A DNA stretch of 64,000 nt from Ginglymostoma cirratum (lineage: Eukaryota). The stretch is taken from contig JAHRHZ010000140.1 in the NCBI GenBank assembly GCA_024137785.1, forward strand, positions 26,536,303 through 26,600,302, written 5' to 3'. Below the pieces are notes generated by a model. The model searched no databases. It worked only from the letters and a program-made list of their open reading frames with translations, and was not told where the DNA came from. The position numbers and the translations under genes are program-made. Position 1 is the stretch's first letter; each line of letters starts with the position of its first letter. Of this stretch, positions 42,590 to 57,218 are shown in pieces.

Positions 42590-43200
42590 TTAGTGAAAGA
42601 AAACTGTATTTACAGAGCGTTTTAAAGAGGGAGAGAAGTAGAGGTGGTGCAGTGTAGAGTTCATGGATAGAAATCCAAAGTTCAGGGATGAGTTGGCTGA
42701 ACATACCATTACTAATGGTAGATCAAAGGTAATGGCAAATGAGGGAGCGACAGGATTGAAAGAAGTCAAAATTTTAAGAAGGATACAAAACAGAAGAGTG
42801 TTACAGAACTGGGGAGATGGGTCGCCATGATGAGCTTTGGATACTAGATCGAGAGTTTTAAGATGGAGGCATTGGTCAATCATGAATCAGTAAGCATCAA
42901 GGTAGTCAGTAAGTGTAATAGTTTTTGCTCAGTCATGGATTGTAGCAGTTTTGGTTGAGTTGAAGTTTAGAAAAGGGGTGGCCAGCAGGGAAAGCTGGGA
43001 ATGAGGAAAGCATGGATGACAATTCTAACAGTGGATTAGCTGCAGAAGTGGCCAGGTCAGATGATATTTTCGAGGATGTGTCATCTGAAGCTCAGTTGGA
43101 GCCATATTGGATGCTGACATTATGTGAGGCACTGCTTGGAAAAAGGAATGGAATTGATGATAAACAAACAAAACATGTTTCAGTGACAATGGGTTCCTAA
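42590..43200 (-). mobile_element. L2-like LINE fragment
   Basis: Pyrimidine-rich minus strand with decayed ORF (FNPVAPS...MVCSANSSLNF). Weak. Confidence 0.4.
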
Positions 43201-43744
43201 TATTTAATAGAGAAAGTAAAGAAAACAAAAATAAGCTGCATAAAAATAACAATTTATCACAGGATACAGATCAGACATTACTTGCAATGTCCTACTTCAT
43301 CAGAGCACACACATTTAATCTTTAAGTAGAAAACTTTACCACTATTTTAGTTTCCTTTGTGAAACTGATTTTAAGCTGGCAGACAATAATATGTTACTTT
43401 AACACTTCAGGTCATTAATTCTATTGAGAGAGATGAACAGTCCATCTGGTTGGGTAGGAGTTACGAATTATCTTAGTTACAAACATTTCAATTAAATTGA
43501 ATGACCTATGCAGAGACAAATAACTGTCTGACAGGCTAAAGGGAAATAGGAATCTTCAAGAAAGTTTCCCCCTTGTCAACACCATCAGAAACAATGGCTG
43601 GAAATATGTGTTCCCATTCTGTGGAGATTTTGGCAGGGGAGTGGTACAGTGAAATAAGCAATCAGGCCAACAACACCATACCTATCACATGCCTGCCTGC
43701 CCTTACCCCTCTACTTTACCTGAGGAGAGGGAGGTGTCAAGTGA

Positions 43745-43866
43745 AAACTGAATGAACAGCAGATGCTGTAAATCAGAAACAAAAACAGAAATTGCTGGAA
43801 AAGCTCTGGCAGCACCAGCAGAGAGAAATCAGAGTTTTGGGTCAAGCGACCCTTCCTCAGAGCTCA
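43745..43866 (-). mobile_element. Subfamily A element, single arm with tail and internal deletions
   Basis: Perfect 13-bp TSD AGGTGTCAAGTGA (43732-43744 / 43867-43879). Minus-strand CTGAGGAAGGGTCGCTTGACCC remnant core. Confidence 0.8.
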
Positions 43867-45414
43867 AGGTGTCAAGTGACTTGTGCATCCATTGGACTTT
43901 TGAGGGCTGTAAGAGATCAATGAATCAGATTTGACTGTTGCTGGGGAGATGCTCAACAGGTTTACAGCCCCTCACCCCCTACATGATGCCAAGCCAATGT
44001 TTGTTCACTCCCCAAAATGTCAACTCTCGATCACCAGCTCCTTTACCATTGCCTGCCAGCCTCTCCACGGTAACACATCAGGTCCAACTCTCAGTCTGGG
44101 CTCCATTCCTAAAGCCCTTCCTTGGGGACTGTCATGGTCCTAGGAGTGGTCATCATTTCCAATGTCACTGAAACAATGCCCTTTGATTGGCTGGCAATCC
44201 TTGTGGAAGGGGCCAGAAGTCGTGCCTCTGTCCAACTAAAGGCCTGATAACTGTTAAATAGCTGCAGGATGAATCAAGCAAACATCATGGAGTTTTCTGC
44301 AAAACCCATGACTGCAAAGTAAATGAATACAATTGCATTGCAGCAACAAAATGTGCAACTTCTAGGAAAATCCAGATCTTGCACAATATTTTGGAATCTA
44401 AAACTCTTTTTATACTGCCATTTATTTGCATTGAACTGTGCAATAATGGAATCTGAGAGTTCAGCTCTGACATTTAGACTACTAAACCTAGCACCTCCAT
44501 TCCAGTGTCAGAATTCTAAAATCACGAGAGACGGTATCTCTTGGGATAAGTTTCTTGTATTTTCCCACTGCCAGCCTTACCAAATCCAACATGTTTCCTC
44601 TGGTGTTGATAATGACTGTGAGATGTTTATATTGCTAGCCTGTTGGGCAGCATCACGCTAAATGAAGACAAAAGCATCTTATATTAGAGCACAATGCCAC
44701 AATTAGAGCACAATCAGAAGCATCCAAAATTCTGTGCAGAAATGCCAACAGCAAAGCTGCACACACTGCTCTGGAACTCTCTTTCAAATCACTTCACATG
44801 AATCGCTGTCCTTTTAACCAGTACCTGAAGTGAGAGTTGAACAGTTCTTATTGAATCATACTTGCTCTCTATCTTAACATGTACACATATTTATTGGAAA
44901 GACTATAGAAGCTAGGATTGAACTTGGAGCAATGACAATTAAAAATGTGATTTAAATAGTGTCCAAAATTATGATGAGGTTGATAGAGTAATTAAGTTAA
45001 GAAGAAATTATTTCCAACCACAAAAGCTCAGTAACTAGAAGACAAATGAAAGATAATTGGTGAAATAACTACACATACATTTGGAGAAAGTTTTGATACA
45101 TTCAGTTGTTTTGATGTGAGCTGCACTGGTGGAAGCTGATTCAATGATAACTTTTAGAAAAATATTAGATGTATATGCGAAAAGGAAACAGCTGAAGGGC
45201 TAGAGGGAAAGAGGAGGGGGCAGCGTTTAATTTCATTGTTCATCAATGAACCAAATAAACCAGAGGTGATGGACAGAGTCTAAGTGTGGAGGCAGGCCTA
45301 AAAGTTAGAAGTTCTTTTATTTGGGTGGGAGAGGAAGGGCTTGGGTTTTCTCATATTCTTCTCATTTCATGAAACATACATGCAAAGGTAAAATGCCAAA
45401 TTGTATGAGCAGAC

Positions 45415-46200
45415 AGGAAATTCTGCCACCCACCCCCACCACCAACCTCCCACATCCAGACCTTGTGGGGCCCAGTTTCCAGGTGCACTATGTAAAAAGG
45501 TGTTACACAGTACTTCACTCTCAGCAACCCAGCTTCATTTAATCTCTGCTCATTCCCTCCACCCATCGCTGGAGATGGCACAGAACAGGCAAAAACTGAT
45601 GCCATGGATTAGTAACACCTCTCTAGAGGTTCTCCTGAATGCTGAACAGGACAGAAAGGACATTCTTTTCCACAGAGATGGCAACAGAAGGCCACCTTGA
45701 CTGGAAAGCAGCCTGCACAAAGGCACCTGCAAAGGTCAGCACCTGTGTGCAACTCAAGAGAACTTGGCCCCAGTGCCACAAGAGGATCAATGATCTGCTG
45801 GGCTCAGCCAGATCATTATATACAATCATCCACTTGATGCTTCATGTTCCTATGAGCACAAATCAGCATTGTAAGGTCACCAGCATAGAGGACAGTCACA
45901 CACTAGGGTGGGTGCCAGGCATCTCCATCGGAAGTTTCATGTGCAGCTCCCAGTTTTGTACCACTTGCACCACAGTAGTTCTACTGATCACACATTTGCC
46001 GGGTTTCACCCTCCAAACATAAAAATAAGCTCCAGCATCAGGTCACTGAAGATTCGCCACAACCCAGAGAATATCAAATCTCATAGCTTTATACCAAAGG
46101 TTTGCAAGGGTCAAGGACACCAGCCTAGCACATAGCTTCAGGATGAATAACTTACAATAAAACCTAACTTCCACCTTACAACATTCTTCTCATTGGTAAT
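45415..46200 (+). mobile_element. Harbinger-associated Myb/SANT-like ORF relic
   Basis: MAQ...PWISNTSLEVLLNAEQDRKDILF..DG.RR, frameshift, then W......VS....KRTWPQCHKRINDL at 45576-45800. Confidence 0.65.
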
Positions 46201-48479
46201 GCATACAATCACAGCTCTGAAGATTCACATCATCTGCATCTAACTGTATCTATGCACACCGTGGTGTAAACCCTTGCTAATATCTCCTAATGCTTCTTTT
46301 CTTTTGGAGGAGAAAAACATGCACAATAAGCATGAATGTACCAAACAGCAGATACCTGACATAAAGCTCAATGACTCCTTTGAGGAGCAAGCTAATAAGC
46401 TGACATGAGAGCAAAGAAACCACCCTACTAATAAAAGGGGCACAGGATATTATGGCTAATCTTAAGAAAGCCTCCAATCTGCTACCTCCAGCTGCACATC
46501 AAGCACTGATGCCTTAATGAAACCTTGGATAAGGGTGACAGCTTTGATATAATAAATATTTGCTTTTCTATTGTTACAATGGTGATAAATATGGACTATC
46601 AAATTTTAACTTCCATCATCTAATTATTATACCTGAGACCCTTCAAGGAACTAAAATAGCTGCAGTGGTTCACCTAATTCAGATTGAGTCAAGCTTTCTG
46701 AGTTCCATGTTGAATAAACTAAACTGCCTGCACTGAAGGAGACATTGATTTACTGGCTAGGTGAGAAGGGGCTAAGAGGCATTAACCTCCCTCCACATGT
46801 CCTATTCTCTCAAGGGAGAGCAGCTGCTATTGCATCCCAAACAGGGGAGGTGAGACAGATAAATTTATCTAGGGATTGTATTTCCAGCCACCCCAGAAGC
46901 TCATGATGGGCACCGTCAGCACTAAGCTCTGCCTGATCTCTCGGTACCCCAAAAGTCTCTAAGTCCCCTTTATCCTCGCATTACCCCAATGGCCCATTTC
47001 CAACCCATCACCCTGTACAGAGACACATAACATTGAAATTTGCCTCCGCCTGTCCTACCTACCCACTGAATCCTGAAATAACACCTTAATGATGCCCACA
47101 CTGCACCTCTACATGCCCCCTGAGGAGGCCATGGAGGTGGTCACTACCAATAATCTCCACCTCCCATTACTCTGCTCCTCCCTGTAGCCTATCACGCTGT
47201 CCAATATTATTGCCTCTACTGCCCCACTCAACGTCCGTGCCCCCACCTCTACAAATGCCTCTGCTCCTGCAACCCCTAATCCCCTCACCAAGCCTTGATC
47301 CCTCACTCCTTTTGGCATTGATGCCCCTACAAGTCCAGCATGCACTTTCCTCAATGATGAATAGACCAACTCCCAGGACTGTATATGCTCCAGATCACTG
47401 ACCAACAGTGACCAGACTCCTGATCACTGTCTTTGCAGTTCCCCAATGACTATATATGAATCCCTGGCTACTGGTGCTGGCCCGACATGCCTGACAGTCA
47501 GATACAAATCAGACAAATTACCTGGCCGTGACCAACCTGAGCAGACAACTGACCGTGACAAAGGGCCTCGGCTATGCCTGTGAGTGATTGCACTCGGACC
47601 CCCCGACTGGACTGAGGACTAGATCCCACTTAGGTTCTGACATGGACATTTGGTTGAATAAATGTGCATTGTGTTTACCACACAGGCGACTGGACATGCT
47701 GCCTGTGTTAGATCGATGTATCGGTGTGCTGTGAATCAAACTATTCACCGCAACTGAAGGATCCCGACTGACAAGCAGCTTGTTTGTCTTTGCAGAGAGC
47801 ACCTCAATTCAGCAGCACCAATAGCCTTTGGCTCTGGCTGCTGTGCCAATGTGCCAACAGGCATGGCACAGCCTGGCAAGGCATGGATGCTGCAAGCATG
47901 CAGATAGTAGGCACTGAGTGAGTGACCATTAAGAGAGCAAGCGAGCAGCTCTGAGTTGCAGCCTGGTCCAATCCATGAGCTATGTGTACAATTCCTCGCA
48001 GCAGTCATTCAATGTGAATGGCTGATGTGTCCTGCAATGTGGACCTCTGCTTCCTGAGCATCCTGTGAGTGAAGAGGTGCATATACATACAGTTGGTGCA
48101 CGTGGATGGTACTCAGAAATGCTGAGCATCATGGAGGCTCTTTGCAGCCAGTGGTAGGCTGGAGTTACCAAGTGCCTGCACCAACTTCCACATCGAAAAT
48201 CTCAAAGTGTAGTTTGTTCGACACATTCAGAAATTTAGGAAGCTGAATAGTAATGAGTCAAGTTGTTCATTCAATAAGGCATTTAACAAGCTCTAATCTA
48301 CCTTAATTGCTAACTTAATTGAAACATCTCCTTGGATGGCTAATCTCCTTCATTCTTCTCTTTGCGCCTTTGTTCACACAGATGATGAAGAAATGTAAGT
48401 ACATTTACAAATGAGATAATTTTTTTTTACATTAAAATATCACACATGCCACCTATGTGCTCTCCAAACATCTTCCATT

Positions 48480-50280
48480 CCCTGCCATTACATTGAAGTG
48501 CAGATCTGGACCCCACAGCTAGGGTGAAGGGAACTTGCTCAACAGCAAAGTCTGTCAGCCTTGGAATTTTGGTTGGGTGACCCTGAGGCTTTTATGGCTG
48601 GATGGCCAGACGGATGTAAACAGATGCAGGTTCACCCTCCTCAGGTTGATTGCCCAGTGAGTTGAGGGTGGCAGGCAGTGTGGAAGTGGAAAGTGGAGAG
48701 CCACCTCTGAAGTGTCCTGACAGGAGATTCCTTGGGGCCTGTATGTGGTTTCTCCTTGAGTTGGGTGCCTATCTCCTTGTGAGGAAGGAGGACCTGGAAT
48801 GAGTCCCCGTGTTGCTTTGTTGGTGGTGCTGATCATGAAGGGTTAGAGGGATGGAGTGCAGGTCTATTTGTATATTCAGTACTGAGTATGCTGGATGTGG
48901 CTCCCCATGGCAGCAGCCAAGCTGCCCATGGAAACAGCCAGATGCTCTCATGCCAGAAGCAGCCTGGCACAAGCAGCACTGGTGTAGTCCTCCAACCTTT
49001 GAGACAGTTTGTCCAGTGCCTCGAACAAACCTGTTGGCTACTCCTGTGTCAGTCATGCATTTTATTGAAGTTCGGAATAGCTGTTACCATGGGGTCATCT
49101 CCTGCCTGGCGCTGAACAAGTACCTGGTCTCTGGCAGAGCACCAAATGCCAGTGACTTGGGCATTTCTTCCTCAAGCAGCTGCAGAAATGCAGCATGGAA
49201 GGGCTCGTAAGCATATGCTTCCACCTCAATACCGGATAAAATACTCCTTGAGTGTCAGTATCTGTGCTGGTGGAGGATACAGGAGGCACTCTTGTCAGTG
49301 CATCCTCTGAGGAATCTGTAGTTTCTTTCCATAGAGATGAAGGAGAAGACGTGTAATGCAGGTAGCCTCTTGAAAGTGGAGAGTATGCAGATGACATTAG
49401 TGCCTGCCGAAGATAATAGAGAGAATTGCCTGTGAAATAGGGACATAATTTCAGGCATGTTAAGGGTACATTCACAGTGGCAGTCGTGGGACAGCAGCAA
49501 GCAATGGTCAAAGCTTCTAATTTTGTTCTGAGGAAATGAAGGCTTCAACACCATTAGATGAATGGTCATAGTTCTCATCAGGCAAGTCAAGGGAGGTAAG
49601 GATCAACTTCTTGTAGGAGATGAGGAAATAAATATCAGATCCAAGATGGTCCCCTTCCGTCCTCTGGAATGACAGAGAAAAAGGAATTGAGCAAGGTGAA
49701 AGTGGCTGGCATATCTGTCAGCATTGATGCAGATGAGGGAAAGATACTCTGTGTAAGTGATTCGTCAGTACAGAGGGCATGGAGGGTTAGTGGGGTGGGA
49801 ACTGCAGTCAGAGTGAAAGAAGATGTTGCATACAGCAGTGACAGTGGTAGACCATGAGCCTTGGTGGGAGCTGGGTGCTGTAACAGAGTTAAAGTGAATG
49901 TGAAATAGCAGAGACAATATAGTGGCACTTACCCTCACAAAGTGCAATGATCATTGACCTTTTTTCTCATTGCTGGTGTCTCTTCAACCAAAGGATACTG
50001 TGTTTATCTTGTGGACTAGACTGGCAGGCTCTAGTGGCACGGCCTCCTCTGGCAGGCCTGAGGAAAGAGGACAGTCCTCCTTTGCACCACCCCATCCACC
50101 AGGAACTTCAGGTTCCTGTTGGCAAAGCGTGGAGTTAACTTGTCTCTGTCTGCCATCACTTGAGTAATCCATGAGGAACAGGAACTGTGCAGGATGGTTC
50201 TGGATTAACTGCACTTGGCCTAGTGCACAACTACATTTTAAATATACTGCAAGCACCAGGAATCCCAGGAGATATGCGCT
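48480..50280 (-). mobile_element. Second Harbinger-associated Myb/SANT-like ORF relic
   Basis: Minus strand from ~50130 reads PRFANRNLKFLVDGVVQRRTVLFPQACQRR...KKVND, followed by a GC-richer decayed low-complexity ORF. Confidence 0.55.
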
Positions 50281-50289
50281 GTGAACATC

Positions 50290-50850
50290 TGAACATATGA
50301 ATAACAGTGGGCCACTCAGCCCTTTGAACCTGCTCTACTATTGAACAAAATCATGGTTGATCTGATTAAAACCTCAAAAATACATTCCTGCATATCCCCA
50401 TCAATCCTCCATTCACTTGGTAATCAAGCATGTATCGACATCTGCTTTAAGAATATTATAAGATTCTGCATCCACTGCCTTTTGAGGACAAATATTCCAA
50501 AGACTCACACCCTCTGAGAGAATCTTTTTTCCTCTCATTTCAGTCTAAACAGACATCCCTTTATTTTAAAACTATAACCCCTATTTCTACAATCTCCCAC
50601 AAGAGGAAACAAGTTATCAACATCTACCAAGTCCCCTCAGGATTTAATGTTTCAATTAAGTCCCCTCTGACTCTTCCTCTTTACAACTCCCTTTTCTTCC
50701 TATCTTTGTGTATTTAGCAAATTTAGCTATCACACTTCTATCAAAGTTATTTATATACATTGGAAAGAAGTCCAGCACCAATCCCTGTGGCACACCACTT
50801 GTGACATCCTGTGAGCCTGAGAAAAGATCCACTTATTCCTACTCTCTGCT
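50290..50850 (-). mobile_element. CR1-type LINE 3' fragment
   Basis: Reverse tail GGCCACTCAGCCCTTTGAACCTGCT...ATCATGGTTGATCTG. Confidence 0.7.
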
Positions 50851-51872
50851 GCATGGCAAATACTTTTACCACTGGTGAGATAGCTTGAGCGGTGCTTCAC
50901 AGAGTTATGGCTCATTGGTGATAATTTCAGCTGTGGAGAATAGTATGAGAAAGCTTTGCTACGGCTCAATACCAGCCCACATGTTGCCCAGGTTTTGTTG
51001 CATACAAGCAAAGACTGAAAACTGATGCAGCATGTTCCTTTGACCATGTCTGTAGTGAGAAGCATGTGAAACTCAGAATAAAGGACTGAATTTTACTTAT
51101 GTATTTGACTCAGGTTTAATACTATTTTTCCAACTGAGCACATCACATTCAAACTCAGTCTGTTCCCTCATTATGACCACTTTTTTCTCAGAGAATCCTT
51201 TACATGAAATAACTAACTAACACTATTTCAGTAAACAGGTGAAAGATCCAAAATACCCTCTTCCATAGTTGTTTCCGTGTGCATGGCTGGAGGTTTCAAG
51301 CTGCAAATTAATAATGGATGTAATGTCATATTATGGTATCAAGTTGGCACATACAGCAAGCATTCAACAAAACTGAGATGTATGATTCATGTTTATTCAG
51401 TCACACCACTGGAATGAAGCACGGACACCTCAATGTCCCTTTGCACTTTTCAAACTTATAGCATTTCATGAGCTATTTTTACTTGTAGACAAAAACAACA
51501 CATTAGAAGAGAGAATGAAGACACATAAAAGAGAGCCACATGATAGCATGGTCAACACCACTTTCCATCAATGCGCTGATGACTGAACAAAGGCTGATGG
51601 GGCAGTGGTTGGATTTGGCAGGCTTTGTATTATAGGACATGCCCGGACAATGTTTCACTTGGTTGGGCAGTTGTCAGTGTTCCAGTTCTATTGGAAAAGA
51701 TTGATGAGAGGTGCAGCTGTTTCTGGAGAACTACAGACTCAAGAACAATCATGGTGTGCCATTCATGCAAAGCACAGCACTTGACTACATTTTGATGTTT
51801 TTCATTGTCAAAGTAGAGGCTGAATTGAGTTGAAAACAAGTATATTTGCAAGGGAATCTGATTCAGCAATCA

Positions 51873-52103
<231 letters not shown>

Positions 52104-53744
52104 TCAAAATTTATAACAGAACAGTATTTCAAGTTAAGGTAGCTACAGATAATCGGAGGTAATTCACTCTATGTGATGGCCTTTTTGATAAAACTAGACC
52201 AGTACACATCCCATAATGACTGCAAAGCACACTTATTTTTCATCAATTTGATACAGAGGTCTGCTGAGAGTGCTTAGAAACAGTTTACTAGTTTGCCAAT
52301 GGGCCAGTCAAAGCTTTTACACTGAAAGAAGCATATACAATGTCCCTGGTTCAGCAAAAAAGGGATAATTTTACATTTATTTATCAGATACTTCTTCATT
52401 AACCATTGCTGACAAGACTTTACTTGGCTGGAGCAGTGTTTTTATCCAAACCATCTCACAAGTGTTTGATTATAAATCTTGACCATAGAAAGCCACAAGT
52501 TCATCAGTAATTCCATAGACATCAGTGGCGTGTTATCATAGAACGAAGTAATAACAATGGAAAGACACAATAGTGCTATTATCCCATCTATTAAGAATGG
52601 CTTACATGGATTGAGAGCAAGGATTCCAATTTTCAGAAATCTATGCTGATGATAGAATGAACAATTAATGTGTTAATTCAGAAATATGTAAAATGTGGTA
52701 TATCTCAGAACAAGATGACCTGTTTGACACAAACAGTTTTTTTTGAACCTATGGATATTTGGCAGAGATATTCAGTTTAAACTTTTACTTCTGGCGTGAG
52801 GGATAGGAGAAAGGTTAGACACTGATCTCTACTTTACATAATAGTTAAAGAGGATCATTGTAAAACACAATAATTAGTGCCCCAGCACTGATGATGCTCT
52901 CATACTACAGTCATGCTGCCAATTCTATTACCTTCTCAACATCTATATTTTGTTCGTGAATGGCATGTGAAAGGTCCTAAGCGGTCTATATAATATTGCT
53001 AATAAGTTTCACAATTTGTCTTTTTCACAAATAAAAAGATATATTATCGAAAGGTTGTTGTAACTATTCCTTCCTAGCCCTTTTCCCAAGACAGAAAGTG
53101 AACTAATACATTGAAGACAATGTCAGCAAGTAATTCACACAGGATTTTGTTTTTACTACACTGTAAAAGGTAAGAAGGCATCATTGGGTGCAGTGTAACT
53201 ATAAGATACTCAATAAAATAGGCTGTCTCAGAAGGAAATAATGTTACCTTATTTTTGAAAACATTTTGAAAGAATCTATTGAAGAATATTTATAAAATGC
53301 TGAGGGGAAAAGTCTAATAACACTGTGCCTATTTTTCAGACAATTAAACATCCAAAATGGTGGCAAGGCTTTGAGTACAGACCATATGGTGGCTCATTGC
53401 GCGCCATCGACTATACAGATAAAAGGGCTTCATTAAGGCAGACATGAGATTCTTTCGTTGCTTCAAAGAGAAAAATAGCAGCTGTTCAAGGCTCAGTGCA
53501 AAACTAGGCCACACTGATTGCCCCTGACTATGTGCCTAAATGGGAAATGGAAAATACAGGAGCATCTCCAGCTCTGTTGGAATATTAAAGACAATTGTCA
53601 ACTTCTAATCGGACCATTACACATGGAAAGTTCCAAACTGGTAAATCCTTGTTTTGCATTTATGCTTGGAATGTGTTAACCATGGTAGCATCTGTAATTT
53701 TAAAGTGAAGCTTATTAAATGCGGTTGGCCTCTGTTCATCTCTA

Positions 53745-53891
<147 letters not shown>

Positions 53892-54109
53892 TTAATTGGG
53901 TTTCCTGATATGTCCTTTCCGATTTCCTTCAAAAATAATTGAATTAATTCACATGTAAATATGTGACAAAAGGGAGCTGAATTTTCTTACTTGAGTCCAA
54001 AATAGAGTTGAATTCAAGTTACAAACATCGAGGGATATTGGGTGCAATCTTTCTGGACAAGCCTAATTAGGAAGACACCTGCTAAAGTACTGTCAAATTA
54101 GGGACAAAA

Positions 54110-56250
54110 ACCCAGAAACACAAAAAAGAGCAAAAATAGGCCACTTGATCCTTTGAGCTGGCTCTCCTATTCAATATGATTATGGTTGATCATACAGTGA
54201 TCCAAATCCTGTTTCTGCTTTCTTACTATACCCTTTGATCAATTTAGCTTTAAGAACTAGATCTAATACATGTTTGAAAACACTCAATATTTTGGTCTCT
54301 TCCTGTGGCAGTGAATTCTACAGGTTCCGTACTCTCTACATGAAGAATGTTCTCTTCGTCTCAGTCCTAAACGGCCTACCCCATATCCTTAAACAATGAT
54401 TGCTGGTTCTCAACTCCCTAGTCATCAGGAACATCACTCTTGCACTTACCTTGTCTAGGCCTGTTGGACTTTTGTATCCTTATATCAGGTTCCCCCTTCA
54501 TTCTTCTAAATGACAGGCAACTCAAAGGTGTGGGAGGGCCAATTAAATTGCCCAAAGTGTAAGGCAGCTGGCAGACTCATTAATGCTGTGTGCACTAAGG
54601 TCATTGTAGAAAAGGGAGGATGGCACAAAATGGAGAGAACGTTCTGCAGATGGGAGTGCCAGCCAATTCCTCATTCCCACCTGTATCCAGACAATCTGGC
54701 TGTGGATGCCAAACAAACAATTACGAACATTGGAACATATAAATTTTGTCCCTGAGGCCAGCTCCACCATTCAATAAGTAAAAGGTTGATCTGTCATGTA
54801 ATGAATTCCACATTCCCATCTACCTGCAATACACTTTGGTTCCCTTGCCTATCTACTTTCAAAGTGCTTAGAATTATTCAATGAACTCCCCAGACAACCA
54901 GGTCACACAACCCTATCTCATCTATGAGTTCTGAGGAAGGGCCACCGGACCTGAAACATTAACTCTGATTTTTTTCTTCACAGATGCTGCCAGACCTACT
55001 GAGCTTCCAGCAACTTCTGTTTTTGTTCCTACCTCACCTTTGTTGTAAAAGGGTGAATTCTAGTTCTGGATGCACCTACAGTCGGCTAATACTATTCAGG
55101 AGTTTACCAAGTTCTAGCAAGTTGCCCCTCACTCCCCGAGCTCCAGTGGAAGTATTCCCAGTCCGTCCAATATTTCCTCTTAAGATAACCCATTATTCCA
55201 AATATATCTCTAGTAAACCTCCCCTGAACCACCAGAAAATGTGCACAATATTTAAGATGTGGTCTCGTCAATGACTTGCATAACTCAAGTTTAACATCCT
55301 TACTTCTTATGCTCGATTCCTCTCATCATAAAGAATAGTATTCCATGAGCATTCACAACTACTTGCTGTAACATGCATACTAATTTTTAGAGAATAGGGA
55401 GATCCCTTTGTACCTCAGAATTCTGCACTCATTGTCCACCAAAGTAATAGTCTGCTTTTTCATTCATCCTACTAAAGTGAACAACTTTGCATTTTCCACA
55501 CCTTATATTGCATCTGGTAGAGTTTGCCAACTCAGTGAACTTAGCTATATTCATCTACAACATCCTTGTGTCTTTTTCAAGACATGCCTTCTTACCTATT
55601 TTCATTTTATCTGCAAATTTGGCTGCCATGCCTTCACTCCCACATCTAAATGTAAAGCTGAGGCCCTAATGAGCTTCAAGGCCATAAGTTATAGCTGCAG
55701 AATTAGTTCATTTGGCCCATTGAGTCTGCTCCACCATTCAATCGTAGCTGATTTGTTTTTCAACACCGTTCTCCTGATTTCTCCCTGTAACCTTCCTTGC
55801 TAATTAAGACCCTGTCCATTCGAGTCTTAAATACACTTGACCCCTACAAAACTCCATTTGTCACATCCAACCAAGAAAAATAACCATTTATGCACGCTTT
55901 CGGTTTTCTGCTATTTTCTATACATGCTAAAATGTTACTCCATACACCATGAGTTCCTATTTTTCATAATTTTTTTTGCGCCTTGTCAAATGCTTTCTGG
56001 AAATCCAAGTACAGTATGTTTACAAGCTCCCTTTATACATAGCATATGTTACTCCTTCAAAGAACTATAATAAATTGGTTAGACTTGATTTCCCTTTCCT
56101 GACTACCATGAGCTTTTCAATGTACCCAACCATAGCTTCTGTAATGATTGATTTTAACACCATTCCCACAATAGACATCAAGCCAGTTGATCTATACTTT
56201 TCTGCTAATCTCTCTTCCAGAATAGAAGAATTATATTGGGAATTGTTCTA
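54110..56250 (-). mobile_element. Cluster of minus-strand CR1 fragments
   Basis: Three CR1 tails (~54140, ~54730, ~55685) and the reverse DFQKAFDK motif at ~55980-56005. Confidence 0.72.
54924..55027 (+). mobile_element. Subfamily A element, single arm, nested in CR1
   Basis: GAGTT-CTGAGGA-AGGGCCACCGGACCT-GAAAC-ATT-AACTC. Imperfect TSD CCTATCTCATCT (54912-54923) / CCTACCTCACCT (55028-55039). Confidence 0.75.
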
Positions 56251-57118
56251 ATCGCCTGCTTGAAGGTAAATCTATAGTAGACAGTGTGAGGCATTCAAAA
56301 GGGTATTAGGCGTGTATAGGGCTAACATTTCTCCTTTAGCATGAAATGTAGAAGCAACAAACCCGGAGACCAATGGATATCCAGGAATATTCAGGACTGG
56401 ATATGAAGGAAAAGAGAAATGTATAACAGGTACAAAGGGAGCAAAACAATGGCAGCCCCAGAGGAGTATTGAAAGTGCAGGGGGATCTCAAGAAAGCAAT
56501 TCAGAGAGTAAAGAGGGGACATGAGAAAATGCTTACAGGCAAGACTATGGAGAATCCCAGAATATTCTGCATGTATATCAAAGGGAAGAGAGTAACCAAG
56601 GAAAGAGTGGGGCCCAAGAGGGCAATCTGTGCATGAAGTGGAGGACTTTGGCAGAGTGTTAAGTGAATACTTTACATCTGTCTTTACTCAGGAGAAAAAG
56701 GATGCAAATACAGAATTCAAGAAGATGGACTATGAAGTCTTTGAGCAAATCAATATAAGAAGTGAAGCGTAATTGGAGGTTTTGGCAAATTTAAAAGTGA
56801 ACAAATCCACAGATGTGAGTTGTATCCCAAATTTTCAAACCATCCTTGGCCACAGGGGTGATGCCAAAGGACTGGAGGACAGCTAATGTGGTCCCACTTT
56901 ACAAGAAGGGTGGTAGAGATAGGTCAGGGAGCTACGGACCAGTGAGTCTAGCATCAATGGTAAAGACACGACTGGAGAAAATAGTGAAGGAGAAAATTAA
57001 TCTCCATTTATAGAGACAAACTTTGATCAGAGATAATCGGCATGCCCTTGTCAGAGGTAGGTCACACCTAACAAATCTAGTGGAATTTTTCGAGGAGTTG
57101 ACCAAATGTTTAATGAGG

Positions 57119-57217
57119 AACAAAACAAAATTGCTGGAGAAAATCTGCAGGTCTGGCAGCATCTGTGAAGGAAAAAACAGAGTTAACGTTTCGGGTCCGG
57201 TGACCCTTCCTCAGAAC
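57119..57217 (-). mobile_element. Subfamily A element with intact hammerhead core, inserted in a CR1 RT frame
   Basis: Perfect 12-bp TSD TGTTTAATGAGG (57107-57118 / 57218-57229). Interrupts the CR1 RT segment LTNLVEFFEELTKCL...VDEVYVDFSKAF. Confidence 0.9.
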
Positions 57218-57218
57218 T
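57181..57218 (-). ncRNA. Minimal type I hammerhead ribozyme motif
   Basis: AGUU CUGAGGA A GGGUC-ACCG-GACCC GAAAC GUU^AACU. Helix I AGUU/AACU, 5-bp helix II, palindromic ACGU helix III. Activity not demonstrated. Confidence 0.75.
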
